Of a stretch of 64,000 nt of DNA, positions 8,770 through 18,353 are shown piece by piece (the first letter of the stretch is position 1; every line of letters begins with the position of its first letter). Source of the DNA: an uncultured Chloroflexia bacterium. GTDB lineage: Bacteria; Chloroflexota; Anaerolineae; Promineifilales; Promineifilaceae. The stretch is taken from contig CAVONO010000014.1 in NCBI GenBank assembly GCA_963697305.1, forward strand, positions 3,338-67,337. Reading direction: 5' to 3'. The notes beneath the pieces are model-generated. The model saw nothing but the letters and a program-made list of their open reading frames with translations. It made no database searches and was not told where the DNA came from. The position numbers and the translations under genes are program-made.

Positions 8770-8901
8770 ATGAATTCAGAAAAGCAGTCAGCAATGTCAC
8801 AGAGCGACCGCTTCGCGTACAGGTATCAGGCGTCAGCTGACGCCGGATACCTGACACCTGACCGCTCCCACCCCCCAAAATCGACTTTGATCCCAGAATA
8901 A
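8770..8901 (+). CDS. Candidate 43-codon sORF downstream of the LexA-box promoter (may instead be non-coding RNA)
   Basis: ATG at 8770 with GAGG 8 nt upstream, and TAA at 8899-8901. The product is hydrophilic and matches no known family. It is too short for confidence. Confidence 0.2.
   Translation: MNSEKQSAMSQSDRFAYRYQASADAGYLTPDRSHPPKSTLIPE
8821..8852. repeat. 32-nt near-perfect palindrome
   Basis: AGGTATCaGGCGTCAG/CTGACGCCgGATACCT, with one A/G mismatch and no loop. It lies inside the putative LexA-controlled transcript. Confidence 0.85.
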
Positions 8902-9349
8902 AAACATCAAAAGGAACAAAGAAACAAAAGCTCCCCAAAACACCCTCTCAAAAAAGAGCAATACTCTAACTTGACATAAAACAATAACGAGAAGAGGCGG
9001 CAATTCGGCCCTCTATTTTCGCGCGTCGTCCTGCATGTTGGCCGTATATCATTAGGGTGCGATTAATCCGGCATACGGCCGTTTGTGAAAAAATGTACAC
9101 TGTACGTGGGCTGAGGGGTGATCAAGTCGTACGCCAGGTTATGAATCGAGTGTAGTTTTGTCACGCCATCCCGGTCTCGAGGAGAGACTCTGAGGGTCCA
9201 AGACCGGGTCTGCGCTGGACCCGTAAGCGGCGTGGCAACCGGCCTTTTTGGCGCGGCTGCGTGCCCGAGGAGGTGCTGATGGTTCCTGACTGATACTTTG
9301 GCTCATCTTAATCGTTGGTTTGGGTTAAGATTCACTTCAAGGAGAAATA

Positions 9350-10780
9350 ATGAGTACGCAAAGGGAAAGATCACCGAAGGTAACCATCTACGTTCTTGTG
9401 CTGTTTCTGCTGCTGGGGGGCATCATGGTCGCGGCCATTTTTGTTACACCCTCTTCCGCAGCCCATAAGCCTATCTCCAAAAACATCATCGTCCTCATCG
9501 CCGACGGCCGTGGCTTCAATCACGTCAGGCGGCGGACTACTACAACTATGGCAAGAAAGCGCGGCAGGTGTACGAGCACTTCCCGGTTCGTTCGGCCATG
9601 AGCACCTACATGGACTATGACGAGGGGGATCCCTGCTATGGGCCAGGGTTATGATCCGGCTGCTGCCTGGAGCGCGTTCGATTATGTGAGGATTGCTACA
9701 CGGATTCGGCCGCGGCCGCCACGGCGATGTCTACCGGCGTCAAGTCCTATGATGGCGCCATCGGCGTCGACATGGACGAGGAGTCAGTGCGCCACCTGCT
9801 GGAGATGGCGGAGGAGAAGGGCCAAGCGACGGGCGTGATCACCAGCGTCGAGTGGACGCACGCCACGCCGGCCGGTTTCGTGGCCCACAATGTATAGTCG
9901 CGACAATTATGCTGAAATCGGCCAGGAAATGGTCTATGACAGCGCGGCTGATGTGATCATGGGCGCCGGCCATCCCTGGTACGATGCCGACGGCGTAATG
10001 AAAGCGGATCCCGCCCAACACCTTCAAGTACGTGGGCGGCGAGACAACGTGGGATGACCTGGTGGCCGGGACCGCCGGAGGGGATGCTGATGGCGACGGC
10101 GCCGACGATCCCTGGACGCTCATCCAGACGCGTGCCGAGTTCCAGTCGCTGATGAGCGGCCCGACCCCGAAGCGTGTCCTGGGCACGGCGCAGGTGTACC
10201 AGACGCTTGCAGTCGAACCGCAGTGGTGATGGGTATGCCGATCCCTTTGTGGTGCCTCTGATAGATACGGTACCTACGCTGGAAGAGATGACCAAAGCGG
10301 CGCTCAACATCCTGGACGACGATCCCGATGGCCTGTTCCTGATGATTGAAGGCGGAGCGGTCGACTGGGCCAGCCATGCCAACCAATCCGGGCGCATGAT
10401 TGAAGAACATATCGACTTCGACAATTCTGTGCAGGCGGTGGTGGATTGGGTCCAGAAAAACAGCAACTGGGGCGAGACGCTGCTGATCGTCACCAGCGAC
10501 CATGAAACCGGCTATTTGACCGGTCCGGGCTCCGACCCCAGTTGGATGCCGCTGATCAACTAATGGCAAAGGCGTTCTGCCGGGCATGGAGTGGCACAGC
10601 ACTGATCACACCAACAGCCTGGTGCCGTTCTATGCCAAGGGGGACGGCAGCCGCATCTTCAAGACATTTGCCGATGAATTTGATCCGGTTCGCGGACGCT
10701 ATCTGGACAATACGGAGATGACTGCGGGCATCCAGTGGGCCATGGACCCGGTGGCCAGGCCCCGACGATCGTACAGGTAG
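9350..10780 (+). pseudogene. Alkaline phosphatase (PhoA family) with a signal/TM segment, broken by at least 7 frameshifts
   Basis: AP motifs are spread over three frames: [75 protein letters not shown] and HSTDHTNSLVPFYAKG. Frame switches occur near 9528, 9645, 9690, 9895, 10010, 10205 and 10560. Confidence 0.8.
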
Positions 10781-10850
10781 GCTGATGGGGATGCCTGCGG
10801 CGGTAGGCATTGAATAATTCCCCATTGAGTGCCCTGAATCGTGTGTGCAA

Positions 10851-10892
10851 CAGCAGATACGCTCGGCCAAACGAGCGCATCTGCTGTTTTTT
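10851..10892 (+). terminator. Intrinsic terminator downstream of the phosphatase pseudogene
   Basis: A 15-bp stem (10851-10865 / 10872-10886, one A-C mismatch), a 6-nt loop, then TTTTTT (10887-10892). Confidence 0.65.
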
Positions 10893-10895
10893 CAC

Positions 10896-10937
10896 CTCGC
10901 CACTCGCCACTCGCCACTCGCCACTCGCCCCTCGCAA
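10896..10937. repeat. Heptanucleotide tandem repeat (CTCGCCA)n
   Basis: Four perfect units (10896-10923) followed by two degenerate units (CTCGCCC, CTCGCAA). Intergenic. Confidence 0.9.
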
Positions 10938-11016
10938 CCTTTACCCCTTGCGGTTCGCCATTCTATGAGTATCATGTAATCAGGTGACAATTGCATCAAG
11001 CAGCGAATAGAGGTAT

Positions 11017-12771
11017 ATGATGCCCAACTCAACAAGGCAATATGTTTTTGCCGCATCCCTGGCCGGCGTGGAAGACCGGGGTCAATTGACCGTACAAGTA
11101 GAGGGGCACACCGTGGCCTTATTTGCTCATCAGGGCTCCGTCTTTGCCGTCGATAACCGCTGCCCCCATATGGGTTTCCCTTAGACCAGGGCACGGTACA
11201 CGATGGCATTCTGACCTGCCACTGGCACCATGCCCGTTTTGACCTGGACAGCGGGGGCACCTTTGACCAGTGGGCGGATGATGTACGCCATTTCCCCGTG
11301 CAGGTGCGTGAGGGAGAAGTATGGGTGGACATTGCCGACCATACAGAACCTTGTTTGCATCAATGCGGCCGTTTGCTCGTCGGGCTGGAAAGGGACATCC
11401 CCCTCGTTATTGGCAAATCCGTGCTGCAAATGGCCGAAGGCGAGCCGCAAATGGCCGAACCTTTCAGGACCGGTTTGCAATTTGGCGCGGCTTTTCGCTG
11501 GTCCGGTTGGGGCCAGGGGCTGACGATCCTCACCTGCTTGGTGAATATGCTGCCCTTCCTGCCAGAAGAAGAGCGCCCGCGCGCCCTTTACCAGGGGCTG
11601 TCCGCCATTTCCAGGGAGCTATCCGGCTCGGCGCCCCGTTTCGGCGTGGCCCCTCTGCCCGAGGCCACGAGCGATATCCCGACCCTGAAGCGTTGGCTGC
11701 GGCGCTTCATCGAAGTGCGCGATGCCGAAGGGGCTGAACGATGCCTGGTCTCGGCCGTGGCCAGCCGGCGCTGATCAGCGGCAGGCTGCCGATATGCTCT
11801 TCGCGGCGGCCACGGATCATCGCTACCTGCAAATTGGACATGTCCTCGACTTCACCAACAAGGCGCTCGAAGCCTTAGATATCGCCGGTTGGGATCTGGC
11901 CGGCACCTTGCTGACCAGCCTCGTGCGCGCTTATGCCACGGCCGAGCGCATGGAGGAATCCAATTCCTGGCGCAATCCGCTCGATTTGGTGGCCCTGCTG
12001 GAAAACAGCTTTGAACGTCTGCCGGCGGTTCTCGAACAAGGCCGCTTGCAGCAAAAAAAGGACGGCGCTGCCTGGCCGGGACGGGAGAAGCTGGTCGCCG
12101 TCATCTTGGGGGATGATCCGCAGGCGACGGTAGACGGCCTGTTGGCCGCCCTGGCCGAGGGGTCGCCTGCAGTGGATTTGGCATCGGCCGTTTCCTATGC
12201 CGCCGCTTTGCGCATCGCTCGTTTCCATACCAGCAACGAGTTTTCCGACTGGGACACGGCGCTGCACACCTTTACTTTTGCCAATGCCGTAGAGCAGGGT
12301 TTGCGCCGCGCTCCCTCCGTCGAACTGCTGCGCGCTGTTTTTGATGCCGCGATGAGCGTCTATCTGGATCGTTTTCTCAATATACCCGCGGCCCATTTGC
12401 CGCAGCCAACAGAAGAGGCGGCTGATAGTGAGGCGCTGCTGGCAGCGCTTCCAACCATGCTAGACCGCCAGCAGCAGGTTGATCAGGCGGGAGAACTCGT
12501 AGCGCGTTATCTCTACGCGGGCGGCGATCAGGAGCGCTTGATGGCCGTTTTGGGGTCGCTTTTGCTGCGCGAAGATCGCGACTTCCATACGATTCAGACC
12601 ATGGAAGCGGCCTTCAGGCAGGCACAGTTACTGCAGGGGTCAAAGGATGCGGTTCACGTTTTGGTCGCCGCGGCCCGTTATCTGGCCGCCCACGCCCCCA
12701 CCGTTCGCGCGCAAGGACAGACCTTCGAGATCGCGCGCCGCCTGCACCACGGTGACCGGCTGCACGTCTGA
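11017..12771 (+). pseudogene. Rieske [2Fe-2S] domain protein fused to a ~450-aa helical C-terminal region, with two frameshifts
   Basis: The Rieske motif is split: CPHMGFP is in the frame of the ATG at 11017 (stop at 11182-11184), and LDQGTVHDGILTCHWHHARF follows in the next frame. A second shift near 11750-11765 joins ...CLVSAVAS to ADQRQAADMLFAAATDHRYLQ, which runs to 12771. Confidence 0.65.
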
Positions 12772-13491
12772 TTGATGCCGGCCATGACCTCTCTCCTTTT
12801 AGGAGCGCAGCGCCTCGGCATCCCCTTGACTACCGGGCAAGTGGCTCAGTTTGAACAGTACCAGACGCTGCTGCTGGATTGGAACCTGCGTTTGAACCTA
12901 ACGGCCGTGCGCGAAAGCGACCAGATCCAGACGCGGCACTTTCTAGATTCGCTAACTTGTTTTCTGGCCACGGGTGACTTGAACGGCCGTTCCCTTATCG
13001 ACGTAGGCACGGGTGCCGGCTTTCCTGGTTTAGCGCTGAAGATCGCTTTTCCAGACCTAAAATTAACCCTGCTGGAAAGCGTGCACAAGAAAACGCGCTT
13101 CCTGCAAGCAGTGGTGGACGAGCTGCAGCTAGCCGGCGTTCAGATTATCGCCGGCCGTGCAGAAGGTGTTGCCCGCACCCCTGACCACCGCGAAGCTTAT
13201 GATTGGGCTGCAGCCCGCGCTGTGGCCGGCCTAAACATCCTGGTCGAGTATTTGTTGCCTTTCGTCCGTATAGGGGGGAGCGCCTTAGCCCAGAAGGGGC
13301 CCTCTGCCGTCACTGAAACGGCTGGTACTGAAAAAGCGATTTCAATCCTTGGCGGTGGCGCTGCGCAATTGCTGCCCGTGCAGCTCCCGGGTCACGATCA
13401 GCCGTCCTACCTGGTGGTGATAGAAAAGACAAATCCCACCCCAGACGCATATCCCCGTCGTGTGGGCGTCCCGGCAAAACGGCCGTTGTAG
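12772..13491 (+). CDS. rsmG: 16S rRNA (guanine527-N7)-methyltransferase
   Basis: LNLTAVRESDQIQTRHFLDSL and the SAM motif DVGTGAGFPGLALKI. The length is typical. The start is TTG 12772 or ATG 12775. Confidence 0.9.
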   Translation: MMPAMTSLLLGAQRLGIPLTTGQVAQFEQYQTLLLDWNLRLNLTAVRESDQIQTRHFLDSLTCFLATGDLNGRSLIDVGTGAGFPGLALKIAFPDLKLTLLESVHKKTRFLQAVVDELQLAGVQIIAGRAEGVARTPDHREAYDWAAARAVAGLNILVEYLLPFVRIGGSALAQKGPSAVTETAGTEKAISILGGGAAQLLPVQLPGHDQPSYLVVIEKTNPTPDAYPRRVGVPAKRPL

Positions 13492-13601
13492 GGAGCTTGC
13501 GGTCGAATTTAGAGCCTTTAGTCGGGGGCAGTGGGCTTAATATTTGCGACGCAGGATTTGGCGTCTCCATAGATCCGAAAAATCAACCTGGAGTCCAAAA
13601 C

Positions 13602-13636
13602 GACTGACGACTGTTGGCTGTTGACTGTTGGCTGTT
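13602..13636. repeat. Heptanucleotide tandem repeat (GRCTGTT)5
   Basis: Units GACTGAC GACTGTT GGCTGTT GACTGTT GGCTGTT. This is the reverse complement of the AACAGCC family seen at 63371-63426. It abuts the recF stop codon. Confidence 0.85.
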
Positions 13637-14849
13637 AATCCAGCCGCACACGACCGTCCACAACCGTCATACTTGTCGCTTTCTCCAGGAATCCAGCACT
13701 GAACATCCCCGGATCGGTTGCCGTCAAAATAGCCTGCTCAACCTTTTCCACGGCATGTAGGAGAAGCTCTCGCCGCTGTTGGTCCAATTCAGCCAGGACC
13801 TCATCCAGCAGCAGCACGGGCTTTTCTCCGGACAACCTGGACATCCACTCAATTTCGGCCAGCTTCATGGCCAGCATAGCGCTGCGCTGCTGGCCGCGCG
13901 AGCCATAGTCGCTGAGAAGATGGCCGTCTATCCAGAAACACCAATCATCGCGATGCGGGCCAATTGTAGTCGCCCCGCGTGCGATGTCCGTCCCCTGGCA
14001 GCTTGCCAGTTCGCTGGCAAAGCGTTCGCCGACGGACCCCACATCACCTCGCTGCTCATTTAGCCAGCCGGCTACGCCCACGGCCGTCTCTTTGTCATGG
14101 TCGTTCTGATTCACTTGCAAGCGTGGCAGATAACCGATGCGCAGTGATTCGCGCCGGTCGGTTAGATCCTCGTAATGAATGCGCTGCGTCTCGCGGCTTA
14201 TCTCCCTGAAAAAGGCGGCCCGCCGTGCATAGATTTGACTTCCCAACTGCACCAGGCGCTCGCTGAATATGGCCAATATCTCCAGATTGTCTTGCCCTTC
14301 GGCAAGCCGTCGCAGCGTCGCGTTACGCTGTTCAAGCACCTTGTTATATTGCGACAGGTTGCGGCAGTAGTAGGAGTCGATCTGGCACAGCAGCACGTCC
14401 AAATAACGGCGCCGTTTGTTGGGCGCACCGGTGATCAGGTTCACATCCTCCGGTAGGAACAGCACGACCTGAAGCTGGCCAAGCATATCCATCAAACGGA
14501 CTTTGCGGCGGTTAACCAGCGCTTCGCGCCGGAAACTAACCTGCCCACGCTCCTTTTCCTCCTTGATCAGGCGCAGCTCCACCAGCCGCGTTCCCTCTCC
14601 GGTGGCAATCGTAGCCACTAGACGGCCGACGATCAGCGGATCAGGCGTTTTCAGGACTTCCCAGTTGAGCAGCTGGTTGTCTTGCCCGGCGTGGGGAGAG
14701 CGGGTTGTAGCCAGATAGGTGAGCGCTTCCAGCAGATTCGTTTTGCCTTGCGCGTTTGCCCCATGCAGCAGCGTTGCACCCAGCGGCAGTTTGAGTTCCA
14801 GACGGCCGTAGTTGCGAAAATTTTCGAGGGATAGGTGAGTGACGTGCAT
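13635..14849 (-). CDS. recF: DNA replication and repair protein RecF
   Basis: N-terminus MHVTHLSLENFRNY...LLHGANAQGKTNLLEA (Walker A), and the SMC-like signature and Walker B regions (LLLDEVLAELD). Confidence 0.95.
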   Translation of the reverse strand: MHVTHLSLENFRNYGRLELKLPLGATLLHGANAQGKTNLLEALTYLATTRSPHAGQDNQLLNWEVLKTPDPLIVGRLVATIATGEGTRLVELRLIKEEKERGQVSFRREALVNRRKVRLMDMLGQLQVVLFLPEDVNLITGAPNKRRRYLDVLLCQIDSYYCRNLSQYNKVLEQRNATLRRLAEGQDNLEILAIFSERLVQLGSQIYARRAAFFREISRETQRIHYEDLTDRRESLRIGYLPRLQVNQNDHDKETAVGVAGWLNEQRGDVGSVGERFASELASCQGTDIARGATTIGPHRDDWCFWIDGHLLSDYGSRGQQRSAMLAMKLAEIEWMSRLSGEKPVLLLDEVLAELDQQRRELLLHAVEKVEQAILTATDPGMFSAGFLEKATSMTVVDGRVRLD

Positions 14850-15153
14850 AAATGGGGCACCTTATAGTAAGGCATTACCTCAAGACGGAATAGACCCATT
14901 TTATCATTAAGGAACCATATCGTCACAATGTCCCCGCAGCACCATCAATAGGTCGTTCGCTCAGGCTGCAGAATCATCTATCTTGCTTATTTGATTGGGT
15001 AACCGCCGCAGTCGCGAAAAAACTTTCGCGCTCCAATTACGTGATTGTGAAATCGCGGCTGCCTTCCCCTGTTTTTTTGTACCTCTTCATTATTCTGCGC
15101 AATCTTTGACTCTGAAGGGGTGCCTGTGACGCCATAAAGCAATATAATCCTGT

Positions 15154-16752
15154 GTGAAAATAATGACTACCCGACTACCCGACATACTATTCATTGTGCT
15201 CGACACGCAGCGAGCTGACCGCCTCGGTTGTTATGGTTATGACAAACCGCTTTCACCCAATTTGGATCGTTTCGCCGCCCAAGGTGTGGTTTTTGAACAA
15301 GCGATTGCGCCGGCCCAATGGACCGTGCCCAGCCACGCTTCCATGTTCACCGGGCTATATCCTACCGCTCACCAGCTAACCCAATCCGCGCAACGTCTGA
15401 GCCCGGCGCTGCCACACCTGCCCCAGATCCTGTCGACCTCCGGTTATGAGACAGTCGGTTTTTGCAATAATCCTTTGGTGGGAATACTGAACAATGGCTT
15501 TAAGCGCGGCTTCCAACATTTCTTCAATTATGGCGGCGCCATTCCCAGTTTGCCGCATGCCTCCTCCGGGTTGCCCTGGCCGCTGAACCATTTTGCGGAA
15601 AGCTATACGCAATTCTTGCGCCGCATTTCCTATCCCATTCAGAATTATTTCGGCCAGTCAGACCTGGCTTTCCGCCTTTCGCTTAAGTCTTGGGCAACGC
15701 CGCTGTGGTCGAAATTAGCCAATTTTAAAGGCCAGAATGCCCGTTCCGTAAAGGATGTATCCCACTTTCTGCGCCTGCGCGAAAAGAAAGATTCAGAAAA
15801 ACCGCTCTTTCTTTTCCTCAACCTGATGGAAACGCACCTGCCTTTTTGGCCTCCCGGCCACTATGTAGACCGCGTCGCGCCCTATATCCGCGAAAGCAGA
15901 GAGGCCAGAACCATCATGCGCACCTGGAACCGGGAAGCGTATCGTTGGGCAGCTCCCCTGGCTGATCCACTTGGCGAACTCGAAAGCAACGTTCTCAGCG
16001 ATATGTACGACGCCGAAGTGGCTTACCAGGATGATTACCTGGGCGAGCTATTTTCGGCGCTAGACGGCCGTGCCAACCGCTCCAATACATTGACTGTAAT
16101 TGTAGCGGATCATGGTGATGGCCTGGGTGAACATGGTTACATGGGGCACGCCTTCGTCGCCTACCAGGAACTGGTTCATGTACCCTTGATCGTCGATTGG
16201 CCGCAGCAGTGGCCCCACGCCGCGCGCATAGATACACCGGTCAGCACGCGGCGCGTTTTCCATACCATGTTGGAGGCTTTGGGACAGGGCCCGCAGGAGC
16301 TAGCGGAATCGATTTCTCCAGAGGCACGACGGTTGTCTTTAAGACACACGGCAAACGGCCGTGATCCAGAAAATGGCACAGCCTTTAGCGAAATCTACCC
16401 ACCCCTTAATTTCGTCAAGGCCATCGAACAACGCCAGCCACACCTTCTGCAGCAGTTTCGCTGCCTGTCGGAGCGGCGCGCCATCGTGAGTGAGGGGCAA
16501 GACACAACCCACAAACTGATTCACCTTGATGACCGAGCCGACGAGCTGTTCGATCTCGCGCTTGATCCGCTGGAGTTAAAGGATATCCAAAAAGGCAGGC
16601 CGCACATTCTGGCGTCTCTTGATGTTCAACTCAAACAAATGGTGGATAATGCGCTGCACCAGCGCGGTCACCAGACCGTAGACGCGCCAATTGATTTGGA
16701 AAGTGATGCGCATTTGATGCAGCGCCTGCGCGGGTTGGGCTACCTTGACTGA
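15154..16752 (+). CDS. Sulfatase-like hydrolase/transferase (alkaline phosphatase superfamily)
   Basis: ILFIVLDTQRADRLGCYGY...PNLDRFAAQG...WTVPSHASMFTGLYP and VADHGDGLGEHG. The nucleophile position is Thr rather than Cys/Ser. An alternative start is ATG 15163. Confidence 0.75.
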   Translation: MKIMTTRLPDILFIVLDTQRADRLGCYGYDKPLSPNLDRFAAQGVVFEQAIAPAQWTVPSHASMFTGLYPTAHQLTQSAQRLSPALPHLPQILSTSGYETVGFCNNPLVGILNNGFKRGFQHFFNYGGAIPSLPHASSGLPWPLNHFAESYTQFLRRISYPIQNYFGQSDLAFRLSLKSWATPLWSKLANFKGQNARSVKDVSHFLRLREKKDSEKPLFLFLNLMETHLPFWPPGHYVDRVAPYIRESREARTIMRTWNREAYRWAAPLADPLGELESNVLSDMYDAEVAYQDDYLGELFSALDGRANRSNTLTVIVADHGDGLGEHGYMGHAFVAYQELVHVPLIVDWPQQWPHAARIDTPVSTRRVFHTMLEALGQGPQELAESISPEARRLSLRHTANGRDPENGTAFSEIYPPLNFVKAIEQRQPHLLQQFRCLSERRAIVSEGQDTTHKLIHLDDRADELFDLALDPLELKDIQKGRPHILASLDVQLKQMVDNALHQRGHQTVDAPIDLESDAHLMQRLRGLGYLD

Positions 16753-16805
16753 GTACCTTATAAAATTGTGCACTTATTAACCATAGTTTTCACAGGATAC
16801 AGGAT

Positions 16806-17693
16806 ATGCTAGATACGATTCAAATCGACCCAGTTGCCTTTGTCATTCCTATTGGCAACGGATTCCCCATCTATTGGTACGGTATCATAGTCACCCTTGG
16901 CATCGCCATTGGAGCTATTTGGGCCGGCCGGGAGATACAGCGCCGCGGATATAGCGCCGACGAGCTTTACAATGGTCTCATTGTCGTGATCATCGCCGGC
17001 TACTTCTTCGCCCGCTTGAGTTACGTTCTACTGGATGTTCTGGGCGGCGCCCAATATGAAAGCTTCATCGACGTCATCAACATACGCGCGGGAGGCGTTA
17101 ACATCCTCGGTGGTTTTGTAGGTGCGGCCCTGGTTGGATGGATTTGGGTAAAATGGCGCAAATTGCCCTTCTGGGAATACGCCGACGTAGCTGGACCCGC
17201 TTTACTAATCGCTCAAGCGTTCGGCCGTTGGGGTAATTTCGTCAACCAGGAGCTCTACGGCCCGCCAACCGATCTGCCGTGGGGGATCCTCATCGAACCG
17301 CAAAGTCGCCTGGCACAGTATAGCGATCTGAGCGTTTATCCCCCTGAAACCCGTTTTCACCCCACGTTTCTTTACGAGTCCCTTTGGCTCTTTGCTGGAT
17401 TCTTGTTGTTGGTGTTTCTGAATAACCGCTATCGTGACCAGTGGCGTTCCGGCACACTTTTTGGCCTATTCTTAATCTGGTGGGGCGCGGGACGTACCTG
17501 GGTGGAGTTCTTCCGTCCCGATCAGGTCGCCATGGGCGACAGCTTCATCACCTATTCCATGCTGGTTGCATTCCTTCTCGCCGTCGCCGGCGTATTGGTC
17601 TTGCTAAATCGCTATCAGAAATGGCCCTGGGGGCGCGAAAAGAGACGCCGCAGCCGTCGCGTGCATAAGCCCAAACCGAAACGGAATCAGTAA
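16806..17693 (+). CDS. lgt: Prolipoprotein diacylglyceryl transferase
   Basis: The Lgt signature GRWGNFVNQELYGPPTDLPWGI in a multi-TM protein of typical length. Confidence 0.9.
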   Translation: MLDTIQIDPVAFVIPIGNGFPIYWYGIIVTLGIAIGAIWAGREIQRRGYSADELYNGLIVVIIAGYFFARLSYVLLDVLGGAQYESFIDVINIRAGGVNILGGFVGAALVGWIWVKWRKLPFWEYADVAGPALLIAQAFGRWGNFVNQELYGPPTDLPWGILIEPQSRLAQYSDLSVYPPETRFHPTFLYESLWLFAGFLLLVFLNNRYRDQWRSGTLFGLFLIWWGAGRTWVEFFRPDQVAMGDSFITYSMLVAFLLAVAGVLVLLNRYQKWPWGREKRRRSRRVHKPKPKRNQ

Positions 17694-17957
17694 ACTGCGG
17701 GATCTGATTGGCGAAGGGAAAGTGTTTCTTCGAATCCGTACGCTTCATACCAGCCCTGCGGAACGTTATTTATGGCGAATTTGCGTGAGAGGGGCGGAAA
17801 TTTGCCGCAAAACGTGGTAAAATTGGGTGGTAATTGTAAGTAACCCGGGTAATAACTTCTGCTTGCCCCTTTTGGTTGGGCTTCAGAGGCGAGTTTGCAC
17901 CGCCTGTGGAATGCACAGAATTGTAAGCGGTGCGGAGAGAACACAGGAGTAAGGAGT

Positions 17958-18140
17958 ATGGCTAAGCGCAGAGTGGAGTTGAGCGAGGACCAAATACAAC
18001 GTAATGCGGAGATATTGGCTCGCCTGGAGTCAGAACGCGAACGTCTCTGTGAAGAAACGCGTGCGCTCCAGTTGAGAGAACGCAGCCGTCCCGGTCGTAA
18101 GCGCCGCAAGAAACAGAGAATGAGTGAAGAAGCGACCTGA
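17958..18140 (+). CDS. Small basic coiled-coil hypothetical protein (60 aa)
   Basis: ATG at 17958 preceded by AAGGAG. The product is MAKRRVELSEDQIQRNAEILARLESERERL... and matches no known family. Confidence 0.35.
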   Translation: MAKRRVELSEDQIQRNAEILARLESERERLCEETRALQLRERSRPGRKRRKKQRMSEEAT

Positions 18141-18353
18141 TTTGCAGGATATCTAGTTTCTTTATCAACTTTCTTGCCGCCGGGAGCGCCGGTATCACAG
18201 TGGAACTAATTATCATTTTCCAATGTGTGCGGCGCTTTCGGCGTTTCTATTGATACTAACTTTTACGCAGTCGTGATTTCACAATCGCGCTTCCGTCCGA
18301 ACAGTTATGGTTGAGTCACGGGGGTGGCCGTTACCATGGGTGGTAGAGGCCGT

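Noticed and set aside
9160-9260. A GC-rich nested-hairpin region upstream of the phosphatase pseudogene (CACGCC...GGCGTG enclosing CCCGGTCT...AGACCGGG and CGGGTC...GACCCG), considered as a possible riboswitch or ncRNA.
   Set aside because: I cannot match it to any RNA family from memory, and such pairings arise easily in GC-rich sequence. An Rfam scan is needed before it is called.
10896-10937. The heptamer arrays (10896-10937, 13602-13636, 42380-42421, 43853-43887, 63371-63426) as CRISPR arrays.
   Set aside because: The units are 7 nt with no spacers, the arrays are under 60 nt, and there are no cas genes. They are simple tandem repeats.
15040-15057. A shared operator-like site CGTGATT-N4-AATCGCG at 15040-15057 and 18263-18280.
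   Set aside because: There are only two copies. One lies downstream of genes rather than in a promoter, and the central 4 nt are inverted between the copies. This is too little evidence for a regulon.
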